From: a virus
Lineage: Duplodnaviria > Caudoviricetes
Strand: one strand, 5' to 3'
Virus record (IMG/VR): IMGVR_UViG_3300033153_003505
Coordinates: 1-51,630 of that record
Length of the DNA stretch: 51,630 bases
The position numbers and the translations under genes were made by a program. Of the stretch, positions 28,883-38,352 are shown piece by piece (position 1 is the first letter of the stretch; every line of letters starts with the position of its first letter). The notes below the pieces were generated by a model. That model ran no database searches, was not told the origin of the DNA, and saw only the letters and a program-made list of their open reading frames with translations.

Positions 28883-30322
28883 TTATGATTCGTCAAACGG
28901 TTTTACGTTTGAAACTCCTGTGTTGTGTGCATCCCACGGTTCGTGTGTTGGGGCGCGTGTAACAATACTTTTAAACTTATCAGCTATTAACTTAAAGCCC
29001 TCAGTATCGTTCTTTGTTGCGTCTGGGAAACTAACTAGCGGCAGTGCCTTTGGCGCTAATACTGATGGTGCGCCCCCATCATTCAATCCTATCGTTGCAC
29101 CCTTAATCTCTGTATGGCCACCCGACTTAAATGATGCTGCACCGCCTGCATCAGTAGCTAATGTGCCATCACTCTTAATGCCAATTTTAGTTTTACTGTA
29201 TGCAGTAAAACTCTTTTTGCCAGTTAAGTCTAATGCATCCTCAGATTCAATTGCAATTCTTTTCTTACTATGTAAATTAATACCTTCGAGCGCATCAATG
29301 TTAACATTCATATCAGCATGAATATTAAAGTCGCCACCTGTACGTAAATTAATACTATTTGCAGCCCACCCATCAATCGTGCCTTCAGCACCTAGTTCCC
29401 ACCATGCGTTACCGTTAGCATGTACGATGTATATAGATCTGCCATCGTCAGTCATTGTAATTTGATGCCCAAGCGAAGTACGAATACGTATTAAATTATT
29501 GTCGCCATTAACCTCGCCGTCATCCATAACAAAAGTATGGCCGCCACGTCTGCCGACGATACTAGTATCGGTTTCTTCACCGGATTCAATTTTTTCCTTA
29601 ACGTCGTGGTCAAACATTCCGCCAGTATATATTGGGCGGCCGGGTGTACTAATGCCGTATACATAGCTTGGACTTTCACGCTGAGCACTTGATGATATAG
29701 GTCCACGATACGGATCTATTAATAATCCTTGTTTCCACATTTGTCCTGCTACTACAGAATGAATTGGTTTTGCTATTTTACCAAACTCGCTACTATCCAT
29801 CGACGTTTGATTTTTGTCCATTTCGACTACTGGCTTACGTGCTGCATGGGCACATTTTTCAGCTTGGGCGGTGTTACTGTAAGCTACGTCTTCTTTTGCA
29901 CCGATGGCCGGTATCATCTGATTCATTTGTGGTTCGGGAATAAAACCTATATAATAGCATTTGTCTCTCTCACCATTTGAAAAAACAACCAGTACTCTAA
30001 CACCTGGGTCAGGAACGTTTGCCCACATACCATATGCATGGCCGTTATTTTCAAAATCCGGAACCGATGCGTCAATCTTTTTATGTGGTGTTACGCCGTA
30101 GTACGGTGAAAGATATCGTGCTGTGGTCCAGGATGACGGCTGGTCCTTTGTGTTTTCATCTCCAAAAGCTTCAATCCATACTTCAATTCTTCCGCTATGC
30201 GTAGGATCTGTTGTAGCCATAACTTCAGCTTCAAACGGGCCAGAGTATCCGCCAACACCGCCGCGGTCTTGTCTAAAACTTTTACCTGCTCGCCAACCAT
30301 CTGTATAATCTTCTTCAGCCAT
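28883..30322 (-). CDS. Baseplate central spike, gp5/VgrG-like (OB-fold plus beta-helix)
   Basis: DPTHSGRIEVWI, YGMWANVPDPGVRVLVVF, GHTFVMDD, RIRTSLGHQITM and C-terminal RAPTHEPW. No lysozyme domain was recognised. Confidence 0.85.
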   Translation of the reverse strand: MAEEDYTDGWRAGKSFRQDRGGVGGYSGPFEAEVMATTDPTHSGRIEVWIEAFGDENTKDQPSSWTTARYLSPYYGVTPHKKIDASVPDFENNGHAYGMWANVPDPGVRVLVVFSNGERDKCYYIGFIPEPQMNQMIPAIGAKEDVAYSNTAQAEKCAHAARKPVVEMDKNQTSMDSSEFGKIAKPIHSVVAGQMWKQGLLIDPYRGPISSSAQRESPSYVYGISTPGRPIYTGGMFDHDVKEKIESGEETDTSIVGRRGGHTFVMDDGEVNGDNNLIRIRTSLGHQITMTDDGRSIYIVHANGNAWWELGAEGTIDGWAANSINLRTGGDFNIHADMNVNIDALEGINLHSKKRIAIESEDALDLTGKKSFTAYSKTKIGIKSDGTLATDAGGAASFKSGGHTEIKGATIGLNDGGAPSVLAPKALPLVSFPDATKNDTEGFKLIADKFKSIVTRAPTHEPWDAHNTGVSNVKPFDES

Positions 30323-32241
30323 TACTCTTCAGGCTCCTTACCTGTAATACATTTCTCTGGAATGTATACCAACGTGCCTTTTAATTGTTGTGTAAACTTG
30401 CCCGCGTTAAGTTGTGTTATAATAGTGTTTGCTCTATAGACAAAACTATATTGAGACACACCGCCTGGATTCCTGCCATCGACATCCTGAAGTAAGTTCT
30501 TTTGAGTTACATCAGCAACACCAGTCTCTAAATCGTAATCAACAACGGTATTAAAATTTACAGCAAAAAATACTTCGGCCTTGTCGTAATTTATTGAACC
30601 GTCGAGTAGTATATCTTCACCCGGGTCTGCAGTTGCAGCATAAAATAATTCGCTCTGTGACAGCCAGTCTGGGTCGCCAAGTATGTCAATACTAACATTG
30701 GCAATATCTTGTGGTGCATATAATACGCTAGCCGCGTTAGCAGCTTGCTCGCCAGCCTTATTTTCACTACTTTGTGCCTGTGTCGAGTTAGCTCTGTATA
30801 CTTGCATTGCCCTAAGGTTTGTTTGAGTGCCTGGGTTTGCATCTGGATCTTGTTTATGTTTATCACTAAATGTAGTGTAGTAGAAATTATTATATTCTTG
30901 CTTGAAATCCAGGACCTCTGTGTTCTTACCTGTGAACCAAAAATCATATTCCTTATGTGTTTTAAAACAATTATCGCTACCATTAAAAGCTCGTGTGTCA
31001 ACTGTTTTAACTTCGAAACTTGTAACAACGTAAGTAATCTTATAAGCCCAAGCCTGGCGGAACGAATCGAAATTTAATATCTCAATTCGCGGACGTATTT
31101 TAAACCACTTTAGTGCCTCGTTGTTTTTCTTTTTAAATTTGCCGGCTTTGTCCTTAGTTTGTTCAGTAATTTGTGCATACTGGTTAGTAATATACGAACT
31201 AGACCTAATTGCAAGGTCTAAAAATTTCACAATCTTCATCCCAGCATTAAGGGCAAAAGTTTGAACGGTATTAATTGATTTTGCACTATCGGATGACAAC
31301 TTAGATGTAACTTGCCCTGTTGCTTCGCCTGGTGTACCGCTCCTTTGAATAGCAAAGGTGCCCGGTGCGCCTACTTTAGCGTCTTTAAGCCCAAGATTAT
31401 CCTGAAATTCAATTGCATACACATTTGGGTATTCGTACTTCTTATCGCCTTTGTCGGTTTTAGTGGATAGGGTATTCTGGTGAATGTTGAGGGCTTCCAT
31501 AAGTCCTTTATTCTCGATGCCGCTAGCATATTTAATTTTCTTTGTGCCGTCGAGCAAATCAGTTAAGGTATTTCCTTGTAATGCCATATCATGTGGAATA
31601 GTACCATTGACCTGACCGTGTCCTATTTGTGTTTGCGGACACACACACTCACACGAGTAAACAACCTTAGCAGTTTCAACACGAAATCTAGAAGCTGTTA
31701 TCATAACAGGTATCCACTTCTCGATATATGACTTTGGATCAGACCCATCATCAAATTGTCCATTTAGTACTTGCTTACCGTTTTTATCATATCCGTAAAA
31801 TCGTATCACTACCAAATAAATTTGATTAATTGGATTAAAGTTTTTGTACTTCAAATCTTTAGCAAATTTAGTAGAGGCATTATATAAACGCTCTAGGAAA
31901 GTTAATCCCATCGGTTCCGTAACTGTGAAATTTAATTTGAAAGTGTTTTGTGGCCCGCCCGTAGCTGTTCCTGCGATATAGCTCTCAAGCTGTATATCAT
32001 CTAGAAAGAAATCATGATTAAAATATTTGTTACGTTTTGCTCCAAAATTACCGCCAGTAAGTGACGAGTCGCTACTTATACCACCACTTTGCACTAGCAA
32101 CTCTAGACCCTCAACACTCTTTTGTCCGCTAGCCATCATGTTAAAATAGTGTTTGGGTGATTGTAGGTACAACGAAATACTATACGTCATATTGTTAAAC
32201 TTCCGAAATCTATTTGGGATCGGTTCGTTTAGTTCTGGCAT
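30322..32241 (-). CDS. Baseplate hub protein (gp27/gpD-like)
   Basis: FTVTEPMGLTFLE, IDILGDPDW, and a C-terminal Y...IITQLNAGKFTQQL. It lies directly upstream of the spike gene. Confidence 0.6.
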   Translation of the reverse strand: MPELNEPIPNRFRKFNNMTYSISLYLQSPKHYFNMMASGQKSVEGLELLVQSGGISSDSSLTGGNFGAKRNKYFNHDFFLDDIQLESYIAGTATGGPQNTFKLNFTVTEPMGLTFLERLYNASTKFAKDLKYKNFNPINQIYLVVIRFYGYDKNGKQVLNGQFDDGSDPKSYIEKWIPVMITASRFRVETAKVVYSCECVCPQTQIGHGQVNGTIPHDMALQGNTLTDLLDGTKKIKYASGIENKGLMEALNIHQNTLSTKTDKGDKKYEYPNVYAIEFQDNLGLKDAKVGAPGTFAIQRSGTPGEATGQVTSKLSSDSAKSINTVQTFALNAGMKIVKFLDLAIRSSSYITNQYAQITEQTKDKAGKFKKKNNEALKWFKIRPRIEILNFDSFRQAWAYKITYVVTSFEVKTVDTRAFNGSDNCFKTHKEYDFWFTGKNTEVLDFKQEYNNFYYTTFSDKHKQDPDANPGTQTNLRAMQVYRANSTQAQSSENKAGEQAANAASVLYAPQDIANVSIDILGDPDWLSQSELFYAATADPGEDILLDGSINYDKAEVFFAVNFNTVVDYDLETGVADVTQKNLLQDVDGRNPGGVSQYSFVYRANTIITQLNAGKFTQQLKGTLVYIPEKCITGKEPEE

Positions 32242-32242
32242 C

Positions 32243-32539
32243 TTAGAATCCTAATGTATCACGTAGGGTAGTTATAGTAGGTACTTGTATTACAGTGCCT
32301 ACGCTAAAATCTATTAATGGATTTTTCAAAACATCTGGATTTCGTTGTGCAAATACCCACCACAGTTCTGAGTCTTCATATAAGTCAAATGCTAGTAAAT
32401 CAGGACGCATGTTATATGTCTCTGTGATTATAAATTTTACATCACTATCCAGTTTCGGAATAGGCCTGTTAACCATTAAATCTAAGTAATGATCGTTAAG
32501 ACCCGTTAAACCGTACGCACTTTTTTTCGAATATTGCAT
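32243..32539 (-). CDS. Baseplate wedge gp53-like / LysM-like protein
   Basis: YNMRPDLLAFDLYEDSELWWVFAQRN. Confidence 0.8.
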   Translation of the reverse strand: MQYSKKSAYGLTGLNDHYLDLMVNRPIPKLDSDVKFIITETYNMRPDLLAFDLYEDSELWWVFAQRNPDVLKNPLIDFSVGTVIQVPTITTLRDTLGF

Positions 32540-34206
32540 TACCAGAACCCCTTCTTAAGCAAACTACCGCTTGCATATTCTTCTAGACTAAATTCGTTAC
32601 TAACTTGTTCACGTGTCTGAATTGGAATCATTGTAAAGCTAATATCAATCTTTGTAGGTACATACGTTGCCTTGCTGTACGTATCATCTTCACCGTTATT
32701 ATTTTTCTTTACTGGCACTGTCCCGCCAATATCCACTTGTGTGCCGAGCCTTAGACTTGGATCAGTTGGATTACTTGGTGGGGGTGGTGTTGGTTGTATG
32801 CCTGCAGGGTTACCGCACGGAATGTAATCAACATCGTTAGGTAAGTTATAGTTCATCATGGTAACCGCACATGGATGGTTGTTAAATTGGAACTCACCAA
32901 GCCCAGTTAAGAATACAACTGGTGGCGGCATGCCTCTCTTTTTATCTTTTCCATAAAACATCTTTGTTGCACTTCTTAAGAAGTGCAATGCAGCTAACAA
33001 GTAGTTCGCTTCTTCAAGATCGTTTGCTGTGAAGGTTGCTGTTACTAGAATGTTTTGTACTTGACTTCCTTTATAGAAATAACCTCTGTAATTACTATGC
33101 ACTAAGTCATAGTTTTCATAATCTGCGTTATACTGCACCGCAATTGTTGGAGTATACGGAAATATAAGACCTTCGGTGTCAGCTAACGGTTTTAATATAC
33201 CCGGGTTTGCTGATCTATATAGATAATCAGCGGACGGTGCTAAGTGTAAGCGAACGCGCCAGTCATTTTCTTTGTTTGCTTCTTCCTGGCTGATTGCATT
33301 ATTTGCGGCTTCCTCTGCAATAGCAGCATTAAATGCGGCTTCTTCAGCAGCTTCTTCGGCAGCTTCAAAATCAGCAATAGCATCTTCGTCTAAGTCTTCA
33401 TTCTCGTTGAATGGGTCATCGTCAACTACTGCCGCAGCTGGATCATCTGATGACACTATTCCATCCGAGGACGTTGCAATTATATTTTTCTTTTGGTCGT
33501 CCGGCAGTGCATTATACTCGTCTGTAGTAATGACATTGCCGAACCTGTCTTTATACACTGTAGGTTGTGGTATAGAAGTGGTTGCCCTATCGGCCTCGGC
33601 ACCTTTTGCTGTTACCGCTCGCCCTGCGGCGTTTAATTCTGAGTCTCTAATTAGAGCTGAGTTAACTTCTGCTGGTGATAATCCCTGGCTTTCCAGTACT
33701 GCGCGTTTCTCAGCTTTGAGTCTTACCCTCTCCCTCTCTAGTGCGGCTTCCTCTTCTCGTAATGCTGTACTTTCCGCGGTTTCAACGGTTATACTTCCGC
33801 GGTTCTCAGTTGTGCCGCCACCAGTTACGGTTACCGATACTTCTGTGTTGCTAAGTGTAGCATCCGTTGGTGGTGAAATAGGAGCAGCAAAATCATCCTC
33901 ACCGGCAGGTATAGTAGTAGTAGATCCCGGAATAACTTCAGTTGTAATATTGCCGGCACCGTCAGTAGTTGTGGTTATAGTAGGATCGATTGTAACTACC
34001 GTTGCGGTGCGGGCAGCTTCTTCATCAGGATATTCTATTTTAGTTACTTCAAAGTAGTCATTGCCGCCATCTATGCCTGCAATAGCTTCAACACCCTCAG
34101 CAGTACTAAGACCAGCCATGTCGTATGCTTGCTCTGCGGTATACCCTTGAGCAATATATTGGTTTGCTTGTATTACTAACGATTGTTCTTCCGACCGCTG
34201 ACTCAT
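32539..34206 (-). CDS. Tail tube initiator-like protein (gp48/gp54-like) with a long low-complexity N-terminal extension
   Basis: C-terminal GLIFPYTPTI...VTATFTA...HFLRSATKMFYG...PPPVVFL.G.G...YVPTK. The N-terminal ~310 aa are Thr/Ala/Glu-rich. Confidence 0.65.
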   Translation of the reverse strand: MSQRSEEQSLVIQANQYIAQGYTAEQAYDMAGLSTAEGVEAIAGIDGGNDYFEVTKIEYPDEEAARTATVVTIDPTITTTTDGAGNITTEVIPGSTTTIPAGEDDFAAPISPPTDATLSNTEVSVTVTGGGTTENRGSITVETAESTALREEEAALERERVRLKAEKRAVLESQGLSPAEVNSALIRDSELNAAGRAVTAKGAEADRATTSIPQPTVYKDRFGNVITTDEYNALPDDQKKNIIATSSDGIVSSDDPAAAVVDDDPFNENEDLDEDAIADFEAAEEAAEEAAFNAAIAEEAANNAISQEEANKENDWRVRLHLAPSADYLYRSANPGILKPLADTEGLIFPYTPTIAVQYNADYENYDLVHSNYRGYFYKGSQVQNILVTATFTANDLEEANYLLAALHFLRSATKMFYGKDKKRGMPPPVVFLTGLGEFQFNNHPCAVTMMNYNLPNDVDYIPCGNPAGIQPTPPPPSNPTDPSLRLGTQVDIGGTVPVKKNNNGEDDTYSKATYVPTKIDISFTMIPIQTREQVSNEFSLEEYASGSLLKKGFW

Positions 34207-34229
34207 AAATGTCTTCCTATTAAGTGTTG

Positions 34230-34237
34230 TATTTATG
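34230..34237 (-). promoter_or_regulatory. Late promoter-like box CATAAATA for the baseplate operon
   Basis: Lies upstream of ATG 34206 at the head of the minus-strand structural operon. Confidence 0.55.
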
Positions 34238-34270
34238 GGTATTCATAATAGCGTTATATAATGAATTAGG

Positions 34271-34298
34271 TTGACAAAAGACTTACGTATGTTAAAAT
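34271..34298 (+). promoter_or_regulatory. Sigma70-like promoter for the gp55-like gene
   Basis: TTGACA-16 nt-TAAAAT with an extended TGn. Confidence 0.65.
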
Positions 34299-34326
34299 GT
34301 TAGTCACTACAGTTACAGAGGAGATT

Positions 34327-35349
34327 ATGGCTAAGAGAAAAAAGAATTACCTAAATAATAAGGATATACTTAAAGAGATTCATTTAAGCAAAATATCATT
34401 TTGTTCCTTTCAAGATAAGATTGAGGACAATCAACAAGACTTTATAGTAGAAACACTAAGCGACATTTGGGGCTTAAAAAATGTCGAAGTTAAAAAAGCA
34501 ACAGAAACAACTGATGCTGTCTTTAAAGATATACCAGTCATAGAATTAGCATTACAAGCAAGAGCAACACGCCTTTCTAAATTAGATATTCCAACCAATG
34601 TCGAAGATGTTAAACTAGAGGACGTTGTCTTTCGTGTCATGACTAACGAACATATTCCACTAGTTCCTAAGAAAAAATCAAGAGCGGGTATTGCTAAAGA
34701 AGCCAAACAAGCTAAGTCAAATGCAGTGTTTAATGAATTGGTTGAATCCGACGATGTTCAAGAACCTGCAGATCCTAGCGTTGAACTTATACCAATGCGC
34801 GTTAACTTCCCTCCGTTCTTCCATTACAGGATTACAAAATTAGCAGACCACGGGCTTGCCGAGGAAGGTAGCGATGCAATGTCAGCAAGCATTGTTGGAA
34901 AATCACACTGGAAAGGTGATTTAGTGACCGGTGAATTTAATAAGGATCTTGGTAAAACTACTGATAATCTAGCAATGATGTACATCAAACTATGTGAACG
35001 TTACGGCACTCGTAGCAACTGGCGTGGGTATACGTACAACGATGAGATGCAAGGTCAAGCACTATTGCAGCTATCACAAGTTGGATTACAGTTTAATGAA
35101 TTTAAATCGCAGAATCCATTTGCGTATTACACTGCCGCAGTAACTAACAGCTTTACTCGTGTGTTAAACATTGAGAAAAAGATGCAGAACATACGTGATG
35201 ATATCTTAGAAGCTAACGGACTAACACCAAGTTGGACTAGGCAGTATGCTAACGATGGTGCGAAAGACGAACCACAATTTGATTACAACGTTGGCAAGCC
35301 CGGTAGGAAAAAGAAAGCCGATAAACCTACAGAATCCACTGAAGATTAA
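34327..35349 (+). CDS. gp55: Late-transcription sigma factor, T4 gp55-like
   Basis: NYLNNKDIL, NWRGYTYNDEM and QFNEFKSQNPFAYYT motifs. ATG 34327 follows a GAGGAG Shine-Dalgarno sequence. Confidence 0.85.
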   Translation: MAKRKKNYLNNKDILKEIHLSKISFCSFQDKIEDNQQDFIVETLSDIWGLKNVEVKKATETTDAVFKDIPVIELALQARATRLSKLDIPTNVEDVKLEDVVFRVMTNEHIPLVPKKKSRAGIAKEAKQAKSNAVFNELVESDDVQEPADPSVELIPMRVNFPPFFHYRITKLADHGLAEEGSDAMSASIVGKSHWKGDLVTGEFNKDLGKTTDNLAMMYIKLCERYGTRSNWRGYTYNDEMQGQALLQLSQVGLQFNEFKSQNPFAYYTAAVTNSFTRVLNIEKKMQNIRDDILEANGLTPSWTRQYANDGAKDEPQFDYNVGKPGRKKKADKPTESTED

Positions 35350-35353
35350 TTAG

Positions 35354-35382
35354 TTGCGGTTAATGCTATATCGTAGTATAAT
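35354..35382 (+). promoter_or_regulatory. Sigma70-like promoter upstream of gp47
   Basis: TTGCGG-17 nt-TATAAT. Confidence 0.55.
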
Positions 35383-35407
35383 TACCGAGCGAGGATAACA
35401 ATAATAA

Positions 35408-36421
35408 ATGAGTCAGCTGTTTAGTAAAGCAATAGTATTTACAGATATACATTTTGGGTTAAAATCAAATAGTCAACAACATAATAAAGATTGCGAAGCA
35501 TTCGTAGATTGGGCTATAGAAACAGCTAAAGAACACGGTTGCGAAACTGGTCTGTTCCTTGGCGACTGGCATCATCACCGGTCATCAATTAATCTCCAAA
35601 CTTTAAATTATAGTTTACGGAGTCTAGAAAAATTAAACGATGCGTTCGAAAACTTTTATTTCATCCCGGGCAATCACGATTTGTACTATAGAGATAAGCG
35701 TGACATACACGGCATTGAATGGGCAAAGCACTTGCCCAATATTACAATATGCAACGATTGGTTTAAGCAAGATGATGTTGCTATTGTTCCGTGGCTTGTT
35801 GGCGACGACTACAAAAAATTAACAAAAATTAAAACCAAATATATATTTGGACATTTTGAGTTACCGCATTTTAAAATGAATGCGTTGGTAGAGATGCCGG
35901 ACAACGGTACTGTTAAGAGTGAACAGATGTCTAAAGCTGAGCATGTGTTTAGCGGACACTTTCACATGCGCCAATCCAAAGGCAATGTTACGTATATTGG
36001 TAATTGCTTTCCACATAACTTTGCAGACGCCGGTGACGACCAGCGCGGCGCAATGATACTCGAATGGGGTAAAGACCCAACGTATCAAACATGGCCAGAC
36101 CAACCTTTATATAATGTAATAAACCTTAGTGATCTATTAGACGATGCTGATAATTTACTCGGCCCTAATATGTATGTTAAAGTTAATGTAGATATAGATA
36201 TTAGTTACGAAGAAGCTAACTTTATTAAAGAAACATTTATTAACAAATACGGTCTACGTGAAATTAGTTTAATTCCAATGAAGGATTCGGAATTTGAAGA
36301 AGACAACAATGAAGTAGTATCATTCAACAGTGTTGATACTATTATTAGCGAACAGATTACTGCAATTGAAAGTGACTTTTATAAAATTAGTTTGTTAATG
36401 GAAATATACAATAGCTTATGA
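35408..36421 (+). CDS. gp47: Recombination nuclease subunit, gp47 (Mre11/SbcD-like)
   Basis: Metallophosphoesterase motifs DIHFG, GDW, GNHD, GHFE and SGHFH. Confidence 0.92.
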   Translation: MSQLFSKAIVFTDIHFGLKSNSQQHNKDCEAFVDWAIETAKEHGCETGLFLGDWHHHRSSINLQTLNYSLRSLEKLNDAFENFYFIPGNHDLYYRDKRDIHGIEWAKHLPNITICNDWFKQDDVAIVPWLVGDDYKKLTKIKTKYIFGHFELPHFKMNALVEMPDNGTVKSEQMSKAEHVFSGHFHMRQSKGNVTYIGNCFPHNFADAGDDQRGAMILEWGKDPTYQTWPDQPLYNVINLSDLLDDADNLLGPNMYVKVNVDIDISYEEANFIKETFINKYGLREISLIPMKDSEFEEDNNEVVSFNSVDTIISEQITAIESDFYKISLLMEIYNSL

Positions 36422-38352
36422 TAAAAATAAAAAATCTAACAGTAAAAAACTTTATGTCAATTGGCAATGCCACACAAGCTGTGGACTTCGATCGCGATGA
36501 CTTAACATTAGTACTCGGAGAGAATCTCGACCTCGGTAGCAATGGCTCCAGGAACGGCACGGGTAAAACTACACTCATAAACGCACTTAGTTATGGCTTG
36601 TATGGCAGCGCCTTATCTGACATTAAAGTAAACAATCTTATTAATAAAACAAACGGAAAGAACATGTTAGTTAGTGTTGAGTTTGATATTGATGCTGTTG
36701 AATATAGAATTGAGCGCGGACGCAAACCGAACTTGTTAAAGTTCTTTAAGAATAACCAAGAACTTGTAGACGAAAACGAAGCGCAGGGTGAACAGAGGGA
36801 AACGCAAAAAGATATTGCTGGCCTATTAGGTATTAGTCATGACATGTTCAAACATTCAATTGCGTTAAACACATACACAACGCCATTCTTATCCATGCGG
36901 GCTGTGGATCAAAAGAATATTATTGAAGAGTTGCTCGGCATTACAGTATTATCTGAAAAGGCTGAAGCACTTAAAATAACTAACAAAATAGTAAAGGATA
37001 ATATCAAAGAAGAAAACTTCCGCCTGGAAGCGGTTATTAAAGCTAACGAACACATAGAAGAACAAATTGCAGGGCTTGAACGTAGGCAGCGTATGTGGAA
37101 GTTAAAGAAAGATGAGACTGTTGGTGATTATACTTCCGACATTGAAAAACTCATGGAAATTGATATTAACAACGAACTGCAAAAACATAAAGACAATGCA
37201 GATGCTAGAGAAACTGCAAAGAGTACATGGTATCAGTTAACCAGCGACAAACAAGAAGAACATGATGTTACTATGAATGAGTTCATTAATGAGAAAGCCG
37301 TTGTTACCGAACACAATGCAAGCATTAGCAAACACAATGCTGAAATTTTAGATTGCAACAGATGGATTCAATCCATTGAGTCTGACCGAGTAATTAACGA
37401 AAAACGGTTACAAGGGTTAGCAAAAGATATAGAATTAATTAACGAACACAAGTGTCATGCATGTGGACAAGAACTGCATGACGAAAAACATGAAGAAATT
37501 AAAGCACAAAAAGAACAACTAGTACAAACTATTGCAGCTGAAATACTTGCAGGCGAAACACAAGAAATGGAACACAAGCAAACATTAGCAGAGCTCGGTT
37601 CGCCACTCGAAACAAAGGTAGTTCCTGAGAAACCTGTACTAGTTCCAATTGAACGAATTGAACCTCTTGTTCTAGAAACATTCTATAGTACAATTGACGA
37701 AGCGCACGGACATAAGAGCTCATTCGAAACATTAACATCACAATTAGAAACAGCACTAGCAGACGAAGATCCGTACAGCGAACAGATACACGACATGAAC
37801 GATAAAGGCTTGCAGGAAATTTCGTACGATGAAATGAATAGACTTGACGAGTTACAAGAGCACCAAGCATTTTTGTTAAAACTGTTAACAAGCAAAGACA
37901 GCTTCATACGTAAAAAGATTATTGAACAGAACTTAGCTTACTTAAACAATAGGCTTACACACTACCTAACAGAGATTGGCTTACCACACCGTGTACGCTT
38001 TATGTCTGACCTATCTGTTGAAATTACAGACATGGGACGAGACTTAGACTTTGACAACTTGTCACGCGGTGAACGTAACAGACTTATACTATCGTTAAGC
38101 TGGGCATTCCGCGACGTGTGGGAAAGTTTGTACAATCACATTAACTTATTGTTTGTAGATGAACTTGTTGACAACGGCTTAGACACTAACGGTGTTGAAG
38201 CTGCAATTAAAATTATGAAGGGCATGGCACGAGAGCGCGGTAAGAGCGTGTGGCTAGTGTCACACAGAGACGAATTAATTAATCGTGTAAACAATACCAT
38301 GATGGTTATTAAAGAAGGTGGCTTTACTAGTTACGAGAGCGCCGCTGCATGA
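36418..38352 (+). CDS. gp46: Recombination ATPase subunit, gp46 (Rad50/SbcC-like)
   Basis: Walker A NGTGKTT, coiled coil with a CHAC zinc hook, signature LSRGE, Walker B LFVDE and the VSH loop. Confidence 0.93.
   Translation: MIKIKNLTVKNFMSIGNATQAVDFDRDDLTLVLGENLDLGSNGSRNGTGKTTLINALSYGLYGSALSDIKVNNLINKTNGKNMLVSVEFDIDAVEYRIERGRKPNLLKFFKNNQELVDENEAQGEQRETQKDIAGLLGISHDMFKHSIALNTYTTPFLSMRAVDQKNIIEELLGITVLSEKAEALKITNKIVKDNIKEENFRLEAVIKANEHIEEQIAGLERRQRMWKLKKDETVGDYTSDIEKLMEIDINNELQKHKDNADARETAKSTWYQLTSDKQEEHDVTMNEFINEKAVVTEHNASISKHNAEILDCNRWIQSIESDRVINEKRLQGLAKDIELINEHKCHACGQELHDEKHEEIKAQKEQLVQTIAAEILAGETQEMEHKQTLAELGSPLETKVVPEKPVLVPIERIEPLVLETFYSTIDEAHGHKSSFETLTSQLETALADEDPYSEQIHDMNDKGLQEISYDEMNRLDELQEHQAFLLKLLTSKDSFIRKKIIEQNLAYLNNRLTHYLTEIGLPHRVRFMSDLSVEITDMGRDLDFDNLSRGERNRLILSLSWAFRDVWESLYNHINLLFVDELVDNGLDTNGVEAAIKIMKGMARERGKSVWLVSHRDELINRVNNTMMVIKEGGFTSYESAAA

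Noticed and set aside
36418-38352. Intein or intron in gp46, the portal gene or the giant protein
   Set aside because: No intein termini or homing endonuclease motifs were seen. The extra length is coiled-coil or repeat domains.
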